DNA of 64,000 nt from Eledone cirrhosa (taxonomy: Eukaryota): NCBI GenBank assembly GCA_964016885.1, contig OZ024741.1, positions 102,238,001-102,302,000 of the forward strand, read 5' to 3'. Position 1 is the stretch's first letter; every line of letters starts with the position of its first letter. The notes under the pieces were generated by a model. It was not told the DNA's origin and made no database searches. It saw nothing but the letters and a program-made list of their open reading frames with translations. The translations under genes were made by a program, and so were the position numbers. This document shows positions 14,379 through 26,419 of this stretch, piece after piece.

Positions 14379-14605
14379 GGGTCACTCTTGAGTGCTACTG
14401 ATAATATGCAACCCAGTACAACCTGTCGCATGGTCGTGTCGTCGGCGACTAAACCGGCAACCACACCAAGTTTACTTGGTGGGGAGGGGGATTTTGGACA
14501 CCCTGCGGACAAAAACCAAAACATGACAAAGAGCGGAAGAACTCATAAAAGTTAACAGCCATCCAAAAATGTGTAAATATGTATATACACATATACATAT
14601 GTATG

Positions 14606-14659
<54 letters not shown>

Positions 14660-15083
14660 TGTGTTCGTGTGTGCATGTGTATGTATATGTGTATATACAT
14701 GGGTCCATGTGTATGTATATGTGCGCAGAGATAGAAATAGTTGGGCTGGATACCCGATAACGCGGTTAAACCACTGGGAGTGAAGGACCCCTAGCCCTTG
14801 TCGCGGCATTCTTCTAGGAGAAAGCAACTCAGGAAACTGGGATAACTCCGACATAAAACCTGCGGCTCAGTAGTTACCGATGATGTTGATATTTTCTTCT
14901 TTTCAGGTTATAGCTACTGTCGCTCAGAGAGTGGGATTGGCTCAGTGCACAGTCTTTCCTCACTTTAAATATCTTCACGCACAGGCATTGCACGATAGAA
15001 TCAATTAATAATTATTAATAATGGTGTATCATGCTATGGCCATACTCGATAACGAAGGCGCAGCCATCATGTATGTATGTATG
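14379..15083 (+). mobile_element. RTE-derived non-autonomous retroelement with (TATG)n tail
   Basis: Homologous to 21139-21760. Contains an RTE-5'UTR-like ctaggagaaagcaactc...aaaacc motif and ends ggccatactcgataacga..catgtatgtatg. Confidence 0.65.
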
Positions 15084-18000
15084 TTTTCTCTTTCTCTTAA
15101 TTTCGAGTATATTTTTTTGACCGGCCACCTTCCTGGTGGCAAGGTTGTAAAAGAAAAGAAATTGTCATCCCTTGAATCGCAAGAATGTTTTGCATATTTT
15201 GAAGGTGCCAGCTATCGCAGCCATTTGTAGACTATGAATTAGGGAGCTGCGCTTTTTGTCCGCAAATCCAAGTTCGGTCATACTTTGGTCCAAGCGGGTT
15301 GGTATATAACCCGTAGCACCAATAATGATGGGTATGAAGCTAAAGGTGTATCTTGGATACTGGATTTGTAAGCTCCTCATCAATGGTCCGTAGATGTCCT
15401 CCTTCTCCTGTATTTTTCTGACAACGTTTACATCAAGTGGGCAGCTGATCTCCACAACAGAACACGTTTTCAATGTGTGGTCCCAAACTACAATATCAGG
15501 CCGGTTGTGCTTTAATTTGGTGGCAGTTTTTATTTTCAGGTTCCACCAGTATTCCTTAGTGCCATCTGTCTCAATATATTCTTCCTCGTTTGTTGTTAAT
15601 TTTGTTTTCCGAAGTGCGTTCCAGATAGTTCTAGCTATCCCATCGTGTCTCATGGGGAGGTAGTAGCGAGATGACATTCTTTCGCAGCTGGCAACAATGT
15701 GGCTTACATCCTCGATCTTTGTTTTACATAGCCTACATTTATTGTCAGCTGCTGGCCCTCCTCTTTTGTGCAGCAGATATTTGGTAGGGAGTTCTTGTTC
15801 CTGTATTGCATAGAGATATCCCTCAAGGTGTGATGTCATAAACTTGTCGGAACTCCATGCCAGGCTTTTTGAGTGGTTTATCCCCTCTATGGTCTGTGTT
15901 TTACGCCTCAAGTATCCATGCACAACTTTCTCTGTAAATTGGTCAATTTTTTTTTCTTGTTTGAACATTGAATAGGATCTTCCGATTTCTCTGGGTGAGA
16001 GATTTATATCAGGCTTTATTCCATATCTCTCCTCCAGATCAGTCGCTATTCTAATGATATTTCTTTTTTCATGCTCATAAACCTGAGCAAGATGGTCGCC
16101 AACCTTTTTCCTCTGTTGAAGGTGTTGCTTCAGTGTTACTATCCGGGTCTCATATGTTGTTAATATTGATTTTAGACCCCGGCCACCTTCCTTGCGTGAG
16201 AAGTATAGCCTATCCACATCACCATTGATGTTAAAGTTCCCAGTAACACTGAGAAGTTTACGAGTTCTAACATCCATCTCACTTAGTTCTTGCAATGACC
16301 AGTTCAGTAGGCCAAATGTTGGCGTTATAATTGGCACAGCATAGGTATTGTGGGCAATGTATTTGTTGTATGCTGACAGTTCTGATGACCATATTTTTTT
16401 TACTCTTCTGAGGTATTCAGTTCTGGTTCTCTCCTTATTTATGGGTCCATCATATCTGACATTCTCATCCTGTCCAAGATATCTGTAGTTGTCACCTGAC
16501 TGCAGAGGTTGTATTGTCAGGCCGTTCATATCTAGATTTCTAGAGGAGGGCACAGCTCTTCCACGTTTTACTGCCAAATATGCACACTTGGACTCACCAA
16601 ATTTCATTTTGATGTCGGTTGAAAATTGTGTAATGAGGTCCAATTGTTTCTTGATGTCATTGATATTTGGCCCATACAACTTCAGGTCATCAACAAAGAA
16701 AAGATGGGAGATACTTCTGGGCCCACTTCTTTGTCCACCTTGTTTCCTGAGTAGGTAAGATAGTGGATTCAGTGAGAGAACGAAGAGTAGTACTGACAAG
16801 CTATCACCCTGAAAGATGCCCTTCTGGTAATGTATCCTATCAGTCTTAACCTGCTCCTTCTCACCTCTAAGGATCAAATTGGTGTACCAGTTCTTGGTCA
16901 GGCGTTCAACAGCAGCTACTAATGGTTGTGGGACTTTAGCTAACTGTAAAGCCTTAATAATCCACCCATGAGGTACACTATCAAATGCTTTTTGATAGTC
17001 CAGCCACACGACAGTCATGTTTCTGCGATTCTTTGTTGTTTTTTCCTGAATCATTTTGTTAGTTAGTAGGTGATCTATGCAACCCCACACCTCCCTCTTT
17101 CCACCAGCTTGCTCAGGTGTTATGATGTTGTTGGTAGCACAGTGATCCTGTAAGAACAGGTTAAGGCACCCAGTATATAATTTATACATGATGTTTTGGC
17201 AGGCAATTGGGCGGTAATTTTTAGCAAGGGTGGTTTGGCTATTTTTGGGAATGAGGAGAGTAGTGGCAGTTGATAACCATCTGGGCAGTTCTTGTGTGCC
17301 CTTAATGGTTTCTGTAAACAGCCGTATGAGATCTTGCCGATAGAAAGTGAAATTCTTCAACCAGTATCCTGTAATGAGGTCTGGGCCTGGCGATTTCCTA
17401 TTCGACATTTTCTGTAGAGCTGTTTCCAGTATTGACCCATCTATGTCATATTGTTTTGTCTGGACATGTTGGCAGTAGTCCTGTTCCAGTTGTTTTAGCC
17501 AATTAGCTTGTCTGTTGAATCCGTCATCCGTTTCCCATACAGATCTCCAATAGTTCTCAACCTGTTCTTTTGAAGGGGTGTCGTTTACAGGGATTGAGCT
17601 TTTGCCACCGAAGCTGCGATAAACTGATTTAGGATCTCTGGCAAACAATCTATTTAGCACTTGTCGTTTATGGGCTGTTGACTTATATTTTAGTCTTTCT
17701 GTTGTAGCTGTGAGTTGTTGTTTCAACTGGTGTAATTTGGAGTTCAAAGTTTTAAATTTGGTATCTCCAAATCGTCTCTCTAACTTTTTCTTTAGGTCTT
17801 CCTGGTGTCGTGTGAAGTTTCTCTCTATGTTGCATTTCATAACGACTGCGATGTGTGAGATACTTCGTCTCAGGGACAAAATTTTGGTTTTTAAATTTCG
17901 CATCCACGCTGGTTCAGGCTTTCTGTTTGTATCTTGATTGCGTGGTTTTAGATGTGTGTTATATGATAGCAATGTGACAGCTGAAACATATAACAAAACA

Positions 18001-19308
18001 TTGAGCGTTTCAAATGTCGTTTCTACACCTTTAGATCGTATAGCCTTCAGATAATTGCCAGCTATTTCGTTCACCGCTTCCAATTCCAATTTAGTGGGTT
18101 CTTTACTGACTCTAGTGTTGTATGGTCTGTCACTCACATTAAGGCTGTGTATCTCTTGAAACATATCGTTCCATATCACTTGTAGGGTGCCCACAAGTTT
18201 TTGGTGCTCTGTATGTTCAGTAGAGTCATGAATTGCAGCCTCGTTGTTGATGTGGTGACAATTACTACTAGAGTCAGCTGACCTTTCTCGCTGTTCTTCA
18301 GTGGAAGTGGGATGGATTTCAGCAAAATTGTTGGTGAGCTGTTCACTGTTAGATTTAGCCGGCCATTCTCTTTGTCTGTCAGTGGAGGTGGGGTGGTTGT
18401 CTACAAGGGCTGTATTTGTAGTATCACTCGATTCCGTTAGATGTATCAATTTACATCTAATGATACGTTTTGCCTGTTCATTTAGATGCTTTGGAGAAAA
18501 GTCTAATTCTGGGTGTTTGGAGTTCCATAAAGTTTTTAGCCTTTGCATAAAACCGAACTTTTGGGGTTCAGATTGTTTGTATGCTTCATATAATTCTTTG
18601 TTAAGCTCGTAGCTCCACTGTATACAACGGTTGTAATTGCGATTTGGTCGAAGGAGACTTGTACTTTTTGCCATGATGAGTTCGTCTATTCACTAATATT
18701 TTGTATTTATTTTTTTTAAATAGTCGATGATCTTCTTTAAAAGTTACGACAAAGTTCTGTCAGAATCAAATTTAAAGTTATTCACAGCTTGGGTAATATT
18801 TCTTTTCAGTTAGTTTTTAATTCTACAACTGTGTTTTAAACGTTGTTCTTGAATCGTTTGAATCGAGAACAAAAAGAACCGTTACTTAGTATATTCCTTT
18901 ACGAATGTAATATAATATAACAATGCTGTATTTATATGTTAAAGTTTATGTATCATTCATATAAATAGGTGTTCTACAACATATTCACAACATTCACAGT
19001 TCAAACACTTATATTTTTGTTTCTGAATCGAAAACGTTACTTTTATATTTCTTTATAAATGTAATATAACAACGTTGCATTTATATGTTAAAGTGTATGT
19101 ATCGTTCATATATCATAAGTGTATGTATCGTTCATATAAATAGGTGTTTTACAACACACTTACAGTTCAAACACTTATGTAGAATTATTGTATGTAATCT
19201 TACCGCGTAATGTAGCTCAACTTTTTCCAATATATGGTATGTTGCCTTCATGTAAGCCGTAATTACACACGTCCAATTATCGGACACTGACCACAACGGT
19301 CGCCATTG
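15084..19308 (-). mobile_element. Full-length R4/Dong-clade RLE non-LTR retrotransposon
   Basis: Single long ORF with ~630-nt 5' UTR and ~80-nt 3' UTR (hairpin gccacc-aggaa-ggtggc); (TATG)n on both sides. Confidence 0.9.
15165..18674 (-). CDS. Reverse transcriptase / CCHC zinc knuckle / restriction-like endonuclease polyprotein (1169 aa)
   Basis: KSPGPD, YRPIAC, LDYQKAFDSVPH, GIFQGDSLS and FFVDDLKLY (RT); CRLC..HIVASC (CCHC); RHD; NRPDIVVWD...VVEISCP (PD-(D/E)xK). Uninterrupted. Confidence 0.95.
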   Translation of the reverse strand: MAKSTSLLRPNRNYNRCIQWSYELNKELYEAYKQSEPQKFGFMQRLKTLWNSKHPELDFSPKHLNEQAKRIIRCKLIHLTESSDTTNTALVDNHPTSTDRQREWPAKSNSEQLTNNFAEIHPTSTEEQRERSADSSSNCHHINNEAAIHDSTEHTEHQKLVGTLQVIWNDMFQEIHSLNVSDRPYNTRVSKEPTKLELEAVNEIAGNYLKAIRSKGVETTFETLNVLLYVSAVTLLSYNTHLKPRNQDTNRKPEPAWMRNLKTKILSLRRSISHIAVVMKCNIERNFTRHQEDLKKKLERRFGDTKFKTLNSKLHQLKQQLTATTERLKYKSTAHKRQVLNRLFARDPKSVYRSFGGKSSIPVNDTPSKEQVENYWRSVWETDDGFNRQANWLKQLEQDYCQHVQTKQYDIDGSILETALQKMSNRKSPGPDLITGYWLKNFTFYRQDLIRLFTETIKGTQELPRWLSTATTLLIPKNSQTTLAKNYRPIACQNIMYKLYTGCLNLFLQDHCATNNIITPEQAGGKREVWGCIDHLLTNKMIQEKTTKNRRNMTVVWLDYQKAFDSVPHGWIIKALQLAKVPQPLVAAVERLTKNWYTNLILRGEKEQVKTDRIHYQKGIFQGDSLSVLLFVLSLNPLSYLLRKQGGQRSGPRSISHLFFVDDLKLYGPNINDIKKQLDLITQFSTDIKMKFGESKCAYLAVKRGRAVPSSRNLDMNGLTIQPLQSGDNYRYLGQDENVRYDGPINKERTRTEYLRRVKKIWSSELSAYNKYIAHNTYAVPIITPTFGLLNWSLQELSEMDVRTRKLLSVTGNFNINGDVDRLYFSRKEGGRGLKSILTTYETRIVTLKQHLQQRKKVGDHLAQVYEHEKRNIIRIATDLEERYGIKPDINLSPREIGRSYSMFKQEKKIDQFTEKVVHGYLRRKTQTIEGINHSKSLAWSSDKFMTSHLEGYLYAIQEQELPTKYLLHKRGGPAADNKCRLCKTKIEDVSHIVASCERMSSRYYLPMRHDGIARTIWNALRKTKLTTNEEEYIETDGTKEYWWNLKIKTATKLKHNRPDIVVWDHTLKTCSVVEISCPLDVNVVRKIQEKEDIYGPLMRSLQIQYPRYTFSFIPIIIGATGYIPTRLDQSMTELGFADKKRSSLIHSLQMAAIAGTFKICKTFLRFKG

Positions 19309-19380
19309 TATGTATGTATGTATGTATGTATGTATGTATGTATGTATGTATGTATGTATGATGTTGACTTGTTCTTCTTT

Positions 19381-19790
19381 TTACGAATGTAATATAATAT
19401 AACAATGCTGTATTTATATGTTAAAGTTTATGTATCATTCATATAAATAGGTGTTCTACAACATATTCACAACATTCACAGTTCAAACACTTATATTTTT
19501 GTTTCTGAATCGAAAACGTTACTTTTATATTTCTTTATAAATGTAATATAACAACGTTGCATTTATATGTTAAAGTGTATGTATCGTTCATATATCATAA
19601 GTGTATGTATCGTTCATATAAATAGGTGTTTTACAACACACTTACAGTTCAAACACTTATGTAGAATTATTGTATGTAATCTTACCGCGTAATGTAGCTC
19701 AACTTTTTCCAATATATGGTATGTTGCCTTCATGTAAGCCGTAATTACACACGTCCAATTATCGGACACTGACCACAACGGTCGCCATTG
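19381..19790 (-). repeat. Duplicate of the first ~410 nt of the R4/Dong 5' UTR
   Basis: Essentially identical to 18899-19308 at offset 482. Confidence 0.9.
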
Positions 19791-19835
19791 TATGTATGTA
19801 TGTATGTATGTATGTATGTATGTATGTATGTATGT

Positions 19836-21120
19836 TGGTGCTACTGGTAACATGTATCCCAGTACAACCTGTCCCATGGTCGGGTCGTTGGCGACTAAAC
19901 TGGCAACCCCACCAAGGTTTCTTGGTGAGGAGGGTGACTTTGGACATCCTGCAGGACTAAAAACAAAACCTGTCAAAGGGCAAAGGAGCTCTTAAGAGTC
20001 AATGGCCATCCAAAATCACCGGGAGAGATGACCCCTTAGCCTTTGTCAAGGCAGAATTCTAGGAGAAGGAAAACTCTGATATAACACCTGCAACCCTGAT
20101 GGTATCCAATGATGTTGACTTGTTCTTCTTTTTGGTAAATATCATCTTGGTTAAGAGAGTGGGACTGGCTTTGTGCAGTGCCTTTGCTCACTATAAAAGC
20201 TTCACGGCACAGGCATTGCTTTATATCTGGAGATCTCTCTGCACTTGTCGTCACATGGTACCATGGGCCCAGCACTATGTGTCAGTAATTGTCACAAGTG
20301 TAGTGTTTGTACCAGAGTTTTCAAGTCGCTGGCTGGACTAAAATGTCACACTCGTTCAGCGCATCGGTAGGGGTTCTCCTACATGGATATAAAGTAGTGG
20401 CCGTACTCGAAAACGAGTTGGCAGCCACCATGTATGTATGATGTTGACTTGTTCTTCTTTTTGGTAAATATCATCTTGGTTAAGAGAGTGGGACTGGCTT
20501 TGTGCAGTGCCTTTGCTCACTATAAAAGCTTCACGGCACAGGCATTGCTTTATATCTGGAGATCTCTCTGCACTTGTCATCACATGTACCATGGGCCCAG
20601 CACTATATGTCAATAATGGTCACAAGTGGGGTATTTGTGCCATAGTTTTCAAGTCGCTGGCTGGACTAAAAACTCACACTCGTTCAGCGCATCGGTAGGG
20701 GTTCTCCTACATGGATATAAAGTAGTGGCCGTACTCGAAAACGAGTTGGCAGCCACCATGTATGTATGTATGTATGCATGTATGTATGTATGCGAAGCTT
20801 TTATAGTGAGCAAAGGCACTGCACAAAGCCAGTCCCACTCTCTTAACCAAGATGATATTTACCAAAATGAAGAACAAGTCAACATCATTGGATACCATCA
20901 GACACAGGCATTGCTTTATATCTGGAGATCTCTCTGCACTTGTCGTCACATGGTACCATGGGCCCAGCACTGTGTGTCAATAATTGTCACAAGTGTAGTG
21001 TTTGTACCAGAGTTTTCAAGTCGCTGGCTGGACTAAAAAGTCACACTTGTTCAGCGCATCAGTAGGGTTCTCCTACATAAAGTAGTGGTCGTACTCGAAA
21101 ACGAGTTGGCAGCTACTATG
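19836..21120 (+). mobile_element. Cluster of RTE-derived non-autonomous elements (second subfamily) with partial duplications and an internal inversion
   Basis: ctaggagaaggaaaactctgatataacacc motif; three 3' ends gtactcgaaaacgagttggcagc+(tatg)n at ~20430, ~20760 and ~21120; 20796-20901 is inverted relative to 20096-20200. Confidence 0.7.
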
Positions 21121-21138
21121 TATGTATGTATGTATATC

Positions 21139-21760
21139 GGGTCACTCTTCAGCGCTACTGGTAACATATAATCCAGTGCAACCTGTCGCATGGTCGGGTC
21201 GTCGGCGCCTAAAGAGGCAACCCAGCCAAGTTTACTTGGTGAGGAGGGGGATTTTGGACACTCTGCAGGACACAAAACAAAACCTCACAAAGGTGGAAGA
21301 ACTCATGAGTCAACGGCCATCCGAAAATGTGTAAATTTGTATATATGTATATATGTGTATATGTATATATGTATATACCTGTATACATATGTGTATATAT
21401 GCGCGGGGACATAGAAATAACTGGGCTGGATACCCGACAGCGCGGTTAAAAAACTGGGAGTAAAGGACCACTTGCCCTTGTCAGGGCATTCTTCTAGGAG
21501 AACGCAACTCAGGAAACTGTGATAACTCCGATATAAAACCCGCGGCTCAGTAGTTACCGATGATGTTGATTTCCGCGTCATAGCTTCTGTCGCTCAGAGA
21601 GTGGGATTGGCTCAGTGCACAGTCTATCCTCACTTTAAAAAATATCTTCACGCACAGGCATTGCACGTTAGCATTAATCAATAATTATTAATAATCTCAT
21701 ATCTTGCAATGGCCATACTCGATAACGAGAGGGGAGCTCTCATGATTGTATGTATGTTTG
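21139..21760 (+). mobile_element. RTE-derived non-autonomous retroelement with (TATG)n tail
   Basis: Colinear homolog of 14379-15083. Confidence 0.65.
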
Positions 21761-21854
21761 TATGTATGTGTGTGTATATATGTATATATTTGTGTATGTA
21801 TGTGTGTGTATTAATACGGTATGAATACGTGCATATATATATATATATATATAT

Positions 21855-21933
21855 CCCCCCACTCCCACGAGCGTGAAACTAATAAACCTTTGTTCGTACT
21901 GCCTCTCTGTTTTGTTCCCGTTCCATTTTTCAT
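21855..21933 (+). mobile_element. PLE terminal remnant
   Basis: Reverse complement of 55880-55958; flanked by (TA)n. Confidence 0.65.
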
Positions 21934-22091
21934 TATATATATATATATATATAATAGGTAGATTCCCAAATTGGGTCGTGAGGTGAGCACAGTTAATACC
22001 TATTATCCAGCTCCTAACGAGTTCATTAACAACCACCTATATATATATATATACTGTAGGAAAAAGTATGACCCCGACGGCAGAGCTCAAC

Positions 22092-22184
<93 letters not shown>

Positions 22185-22707
22185 TGTGTGTGTATATATA
22201 TATAAAGAGAGAGAGAGAGAGAGAGTGATATATATATCGGATTAGACACTACCGTATATTTTGGTAGATTTATCTACATATATTAACTACATTCTATTAA
22301 CTATAGACCTTGTCTATAAAGCACCTTGGTACATGTAATGTACGTTTCGATTGCGTTGCATCATCTTAGCGAAACACAGTCACTGACCAAGCTGGTTAGT
22401 CTAACAAAGTTAGGAAATGATGGTTGAGGCGGCAGCGAACCAAGACAGCATGAGGCACACCGAAACTTTCAAACGTCTACATTAGTTGATATAAAAATTT
22501 AAACTAGAAATACCAGTACCAACAATCATATGAAATACTTTGAAATTATAGTAACTAAAAGTGAAACTTATCTCAAAACTGAGGAAATCACTTAACAAAA
22601 ACACAACCTGCTATTGAGCCCGAAAGGTGAGCTCATTCTGCCGCGTGTGTAGCCACAAACTACGATCATTTCTGTCTGATAAATCAATAGATGTATTAGG
22701 TTTTGCG

Positions 22708-23030
22708 CGAAAGTGCATTGCCTAGTGGTTAGGCTGTTCGGTTCACGATCGTACGGTTCAGCTCACGATTATAAGATTCAGCTACGGTTCAGCTCACTAT
22801 TGTACGGTTTGGCTCACTATCGTACAGATCGGCTCACGATCGTAACGTTTTCCAATTCACTCAGCTGGAAAAAATGAATTGTACCTGTGTTTAAGGGCTA
22901 GATTTGTTGCACATGGAATATCCATCGTTATGGAACCCACATATCCATAGAACGGCCAAATTAATTTCATGAGCAGGCAGTGCTTTTGATCAAACAACAC
23001 ACTCATCGTTGAAACAGACGGAGGTTCATT
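22708..23030 (+). mobile_element. Degenerate tRNA-derived SINE with an internal 19-bp tandem expansion
   Basis: A-box-like tgcctagtggttag followed by ~6 copies of gttcggctcacgatcgtac (22737-22848). Confidence 0.55.
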
Positions 23031-23539
23031 CCATGAAATATTATGTCTTATATGGTGGGAAACGTATTGTGTGTTCGTGAAAGATTATTTTAAAAATAAA
23101 AAAAATATTGTTTATTTTACGATTGACTTTGGAATGAAATATTCCAACCAGATAACCACATTATTACATCAAACCAAAACAAGTTATAAACAAGTTATGT
23201 TTTATTTGTTTTTCTGTAATAGTCGTATGTTATAAAACAAGGAATAACTTTTCATATGGAGTAAATATTTGAAAAAGTTTTTCTGTTATTTCCTTTGTCG
23301 AATAAAGTGTTTAGCTTTGTGACAAAAAAAAAAAAAACGGTTAATAACTTGTCATGAACATTCCAGTTATATATTTTCAAAGTAATTTTAAGCCGCAACG
23401 AAAATTTATAAACGAACAGAAGTATACAATGATGAAAGTATTTTAAAAATAGATTAAAACAATAAAAAGGAAAAGAGAAAAAAGAGAAAAAGTATGGGGG
23501 AGAGTCCTAATTACAAATTACCTTCCTAATTGGTGATGC

Positions 23540-23645
23540 AGTATGCAGGGCATATAGAAAGTATGCCAAACACAAGAATACCTTCAAAGATCATACACGC
23601 TGAACTTACTTATGGTCAAACTCCAAGGAGTGTACCGAAGAAAGC
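23540..23645 (+). mobile_element. RTE LINE C-terminal fragment
   Basis: Translates AGHIESMPNTRIPSKIIHAELTYGQTPRSVPKK, a typical RTE C-terminus. Confidence 0.6.
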
Positions 23646-24913
23646 TGGGGTTTGAACTCAGAACGTACAGATGCTTTAACAATTCAACTAAATCCATCGC
23701 CCCTGATCAGTATTTTGTTTATCGATCTCGAAAGGATGAAAGACAAAGTTTACTTTAGTGCAATTTTAATTATGAGCACATTGAGCCGGAATAAATGCCA
23801 CAGATCAACCTTTCCGACGTCCCAACGATTATGATGACGTGGTAGGGGTGCTGTTAGGATATATGGCGTGTCTCAACACAGCTTATTTTTTCCAGCAAGT
23901 AAAAAGGAGCAAAGGAAAGAAAATGAGAGCGACAGTGGAAGAATCGACTTTGATAATAGACTAGTACTTTAATGGTATTTATTGACCTCGAAAGGATGAA
24001 AGCCAAAACTAATCAAAGCGTAGAGAGCTGAAACGAATAGCACAAAGCATTCTATCCGACGCATTAACAGCGTTGCCAAATCACCACCTTCCTATATTAA
24101 AATAACACGCTAAACACTAAAGACTATAAATTAATATAAAAATCAAAGATCTCTTACATTCCTTCTGTATTCAAACAATATAGGTTACATTGTAGATTTA
24201 CGTATATACCACCTCGGGACAGGTAGATATGCAACCTTAGAAGTGGTTTTCATAATAAAGAGGATACTCGACATATGATCCTTTGTGACATAGATCATCA
24301 ATAGATACAAAACTACACATCAAACTATTATCGTTACATATTCATTATACTGACTACACGAGTCTTATTAACTTTAGGTGTCCTCTCAGATCCTATAATT
24401 ACCTATCTCTGAAAGAAAAGAACGTGTAACAATGAATACAAAATGGAAATAGAAAGAAAAAGAAGAAAGAAAACCCTGAAAAGAAATCAGAAATGAAATA
24501 TAATAATATCTTAAATAATCAGATATTCACATGACCTCCTGCAGCTGTCAGTCATTTAACTAGCGATAATAACTATTTCAAGAAGTGAGATTATTAAACA
24601 ACCATTTGATGTTATAAAATGTTCTTTCGCTTCCTGACTATCTCCTGATCAACAGAGTAGATGTGCGTGTTTCACCAGTTGATATCATGATAAACCCTCT
24701 TTACATTTCTATACAATAAATACTTCATTAACAAGACCAAGTGGAGCTTAATCACTTGGGATTTCATTTTTAAACGAAACAACTACGTGTCTTGCTACTA
24801 TTAAATTCGGACACCACTTCAAGACTACACTGATTAAGTGTTACTTACATAAGCGACAACTAGTTTTTACTACTGATTACTTGAAGAGTTTACACACACA
24901 CACACATATATAT

Positions 24914-24970
<57 letters not shown>

Positions 24971-26204
24971 TACATTTATATACTCGTCTATACGCTGTCA
25001 TAAGTTCATAGATACATGTAATTATGTTAGTTTATGTGTGTCTTTATCAAGATTATCATGATCCAATTAAGGTTGATCCTATCTACTTACCATAAAAGAA
25101 TTTCGATAACGACTAATGATTTGAGCTTGTTAAATGCATGCTTCGTTCGTTACTTTACTATTGAGAGAAGTATCTTGGCTGTGAAACCATTACAGCTTTG
25201 TTATAATTACTGTTCGTTATCAGTTACAGTCTGCCAAACAGAAGAGTATCTATAAGAAACACCCCCAACATAGATTGACATAATTCATGGGAATATTAAA
25301 TCAAACACTAATAAACACGAAATACTTGTTAAAATATAAACAAATGTTTTATTTTTAAAATCATTAGTGTTTATATTAATCTAGGATGGCTCCATTAAAT
25401 GCATTGGCGTTATTTAGTCTCAGCCATGTAGGATGTCATTTGAAATATTACTGAATCACATTTATAAATATGTTCCAATGAAAATGAATAAAGATATTTT
25501 TTTATACTGGTGACAATTAAATCGACTAAATACAGACAGAGTAAGTCACAAATAGGCTATTAGCTTACAGTCAAGAAATCATAATGATGTGAAACCTTAT
25601 TTCAAATGAAAAATATAACCAATTCATGTAAGTTTATATAGTTGCATTAACTGTTCAAAATGCCGCCTGTTTGCAACTACACCGTTATTATATTCCTTTG
25701 CAATCAGTAAGCTAATTATGCTTAACTCCGTGTATTTCTCAAGCAAAGAAACGAAAGTGTTTAGTTTTCTTTTCATTCATAATCAAGCGATTTGTTTTAG
25801 AAAATAGCGAATATTTTGTATATTGATTGTAAGTGTCGGTTTCGATTCTCAAAGCTTCCTGTTTTAGTTTGTAACTTAATATTATTTGGAAATGTATTTC
25901 AATTTACACCCTATATAATAATGTATAAAAAAAGTGTTTAAGCCTAATGAAAAATTCCTTACTTGATCTAATTTATTGACACTTTTAATAACATCTACGT
26001 GCAAGTGTAACCCGGACAGGCAACCGAAGTCTTTTCTGAAGTCGACTTCTCCTACGTACAAGATAAAAAAGATTCATCTTCCAGACAATAATTGAATAGT
26101 GATGAATGGTGTACAGTCAACATCGTCACATCTCATATCTTATTAAGAAAAATGTACAAATTTATTTACAACACTGAAAAAGCTGATTTATAGATATTTT
26201 AAAT

Positions 26205-26388
26205 AATTGTTTCTACTTTTGGCACAAGGCCAGCAATTACCCAGTGCATTACTGGTATTTTATTTTATCGACCCCGTAAGGATGAAAGGCAAAGTAAACC
26301 TCGGCGGAATTTGAACTCAGTATGGCAAGGACCATAACTCTATGCGTCAAAGTATGGCGTCCGACCCTCTACCGATACTGCCAATCCA
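26205..26388 (-). mobile_element. Deu/Nin SINE with 12-bp target-site duplication
   Basis: attttaaataat at 26196-26207 and 26389-26400. Confidence 0.9.
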
Positions 26389-26419
26389 ATTTTAAATAAT
26401 GAATTTTTAGTCTAAAGTC

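Noticed and set aside
22340-22375. Hammerhead-like remnants here and at ~31990, ~53200, ~57550 and ~58361
   Set aside because: Core nucleotides or stems are missing; at most decayed relics, so not called as ribozymes.
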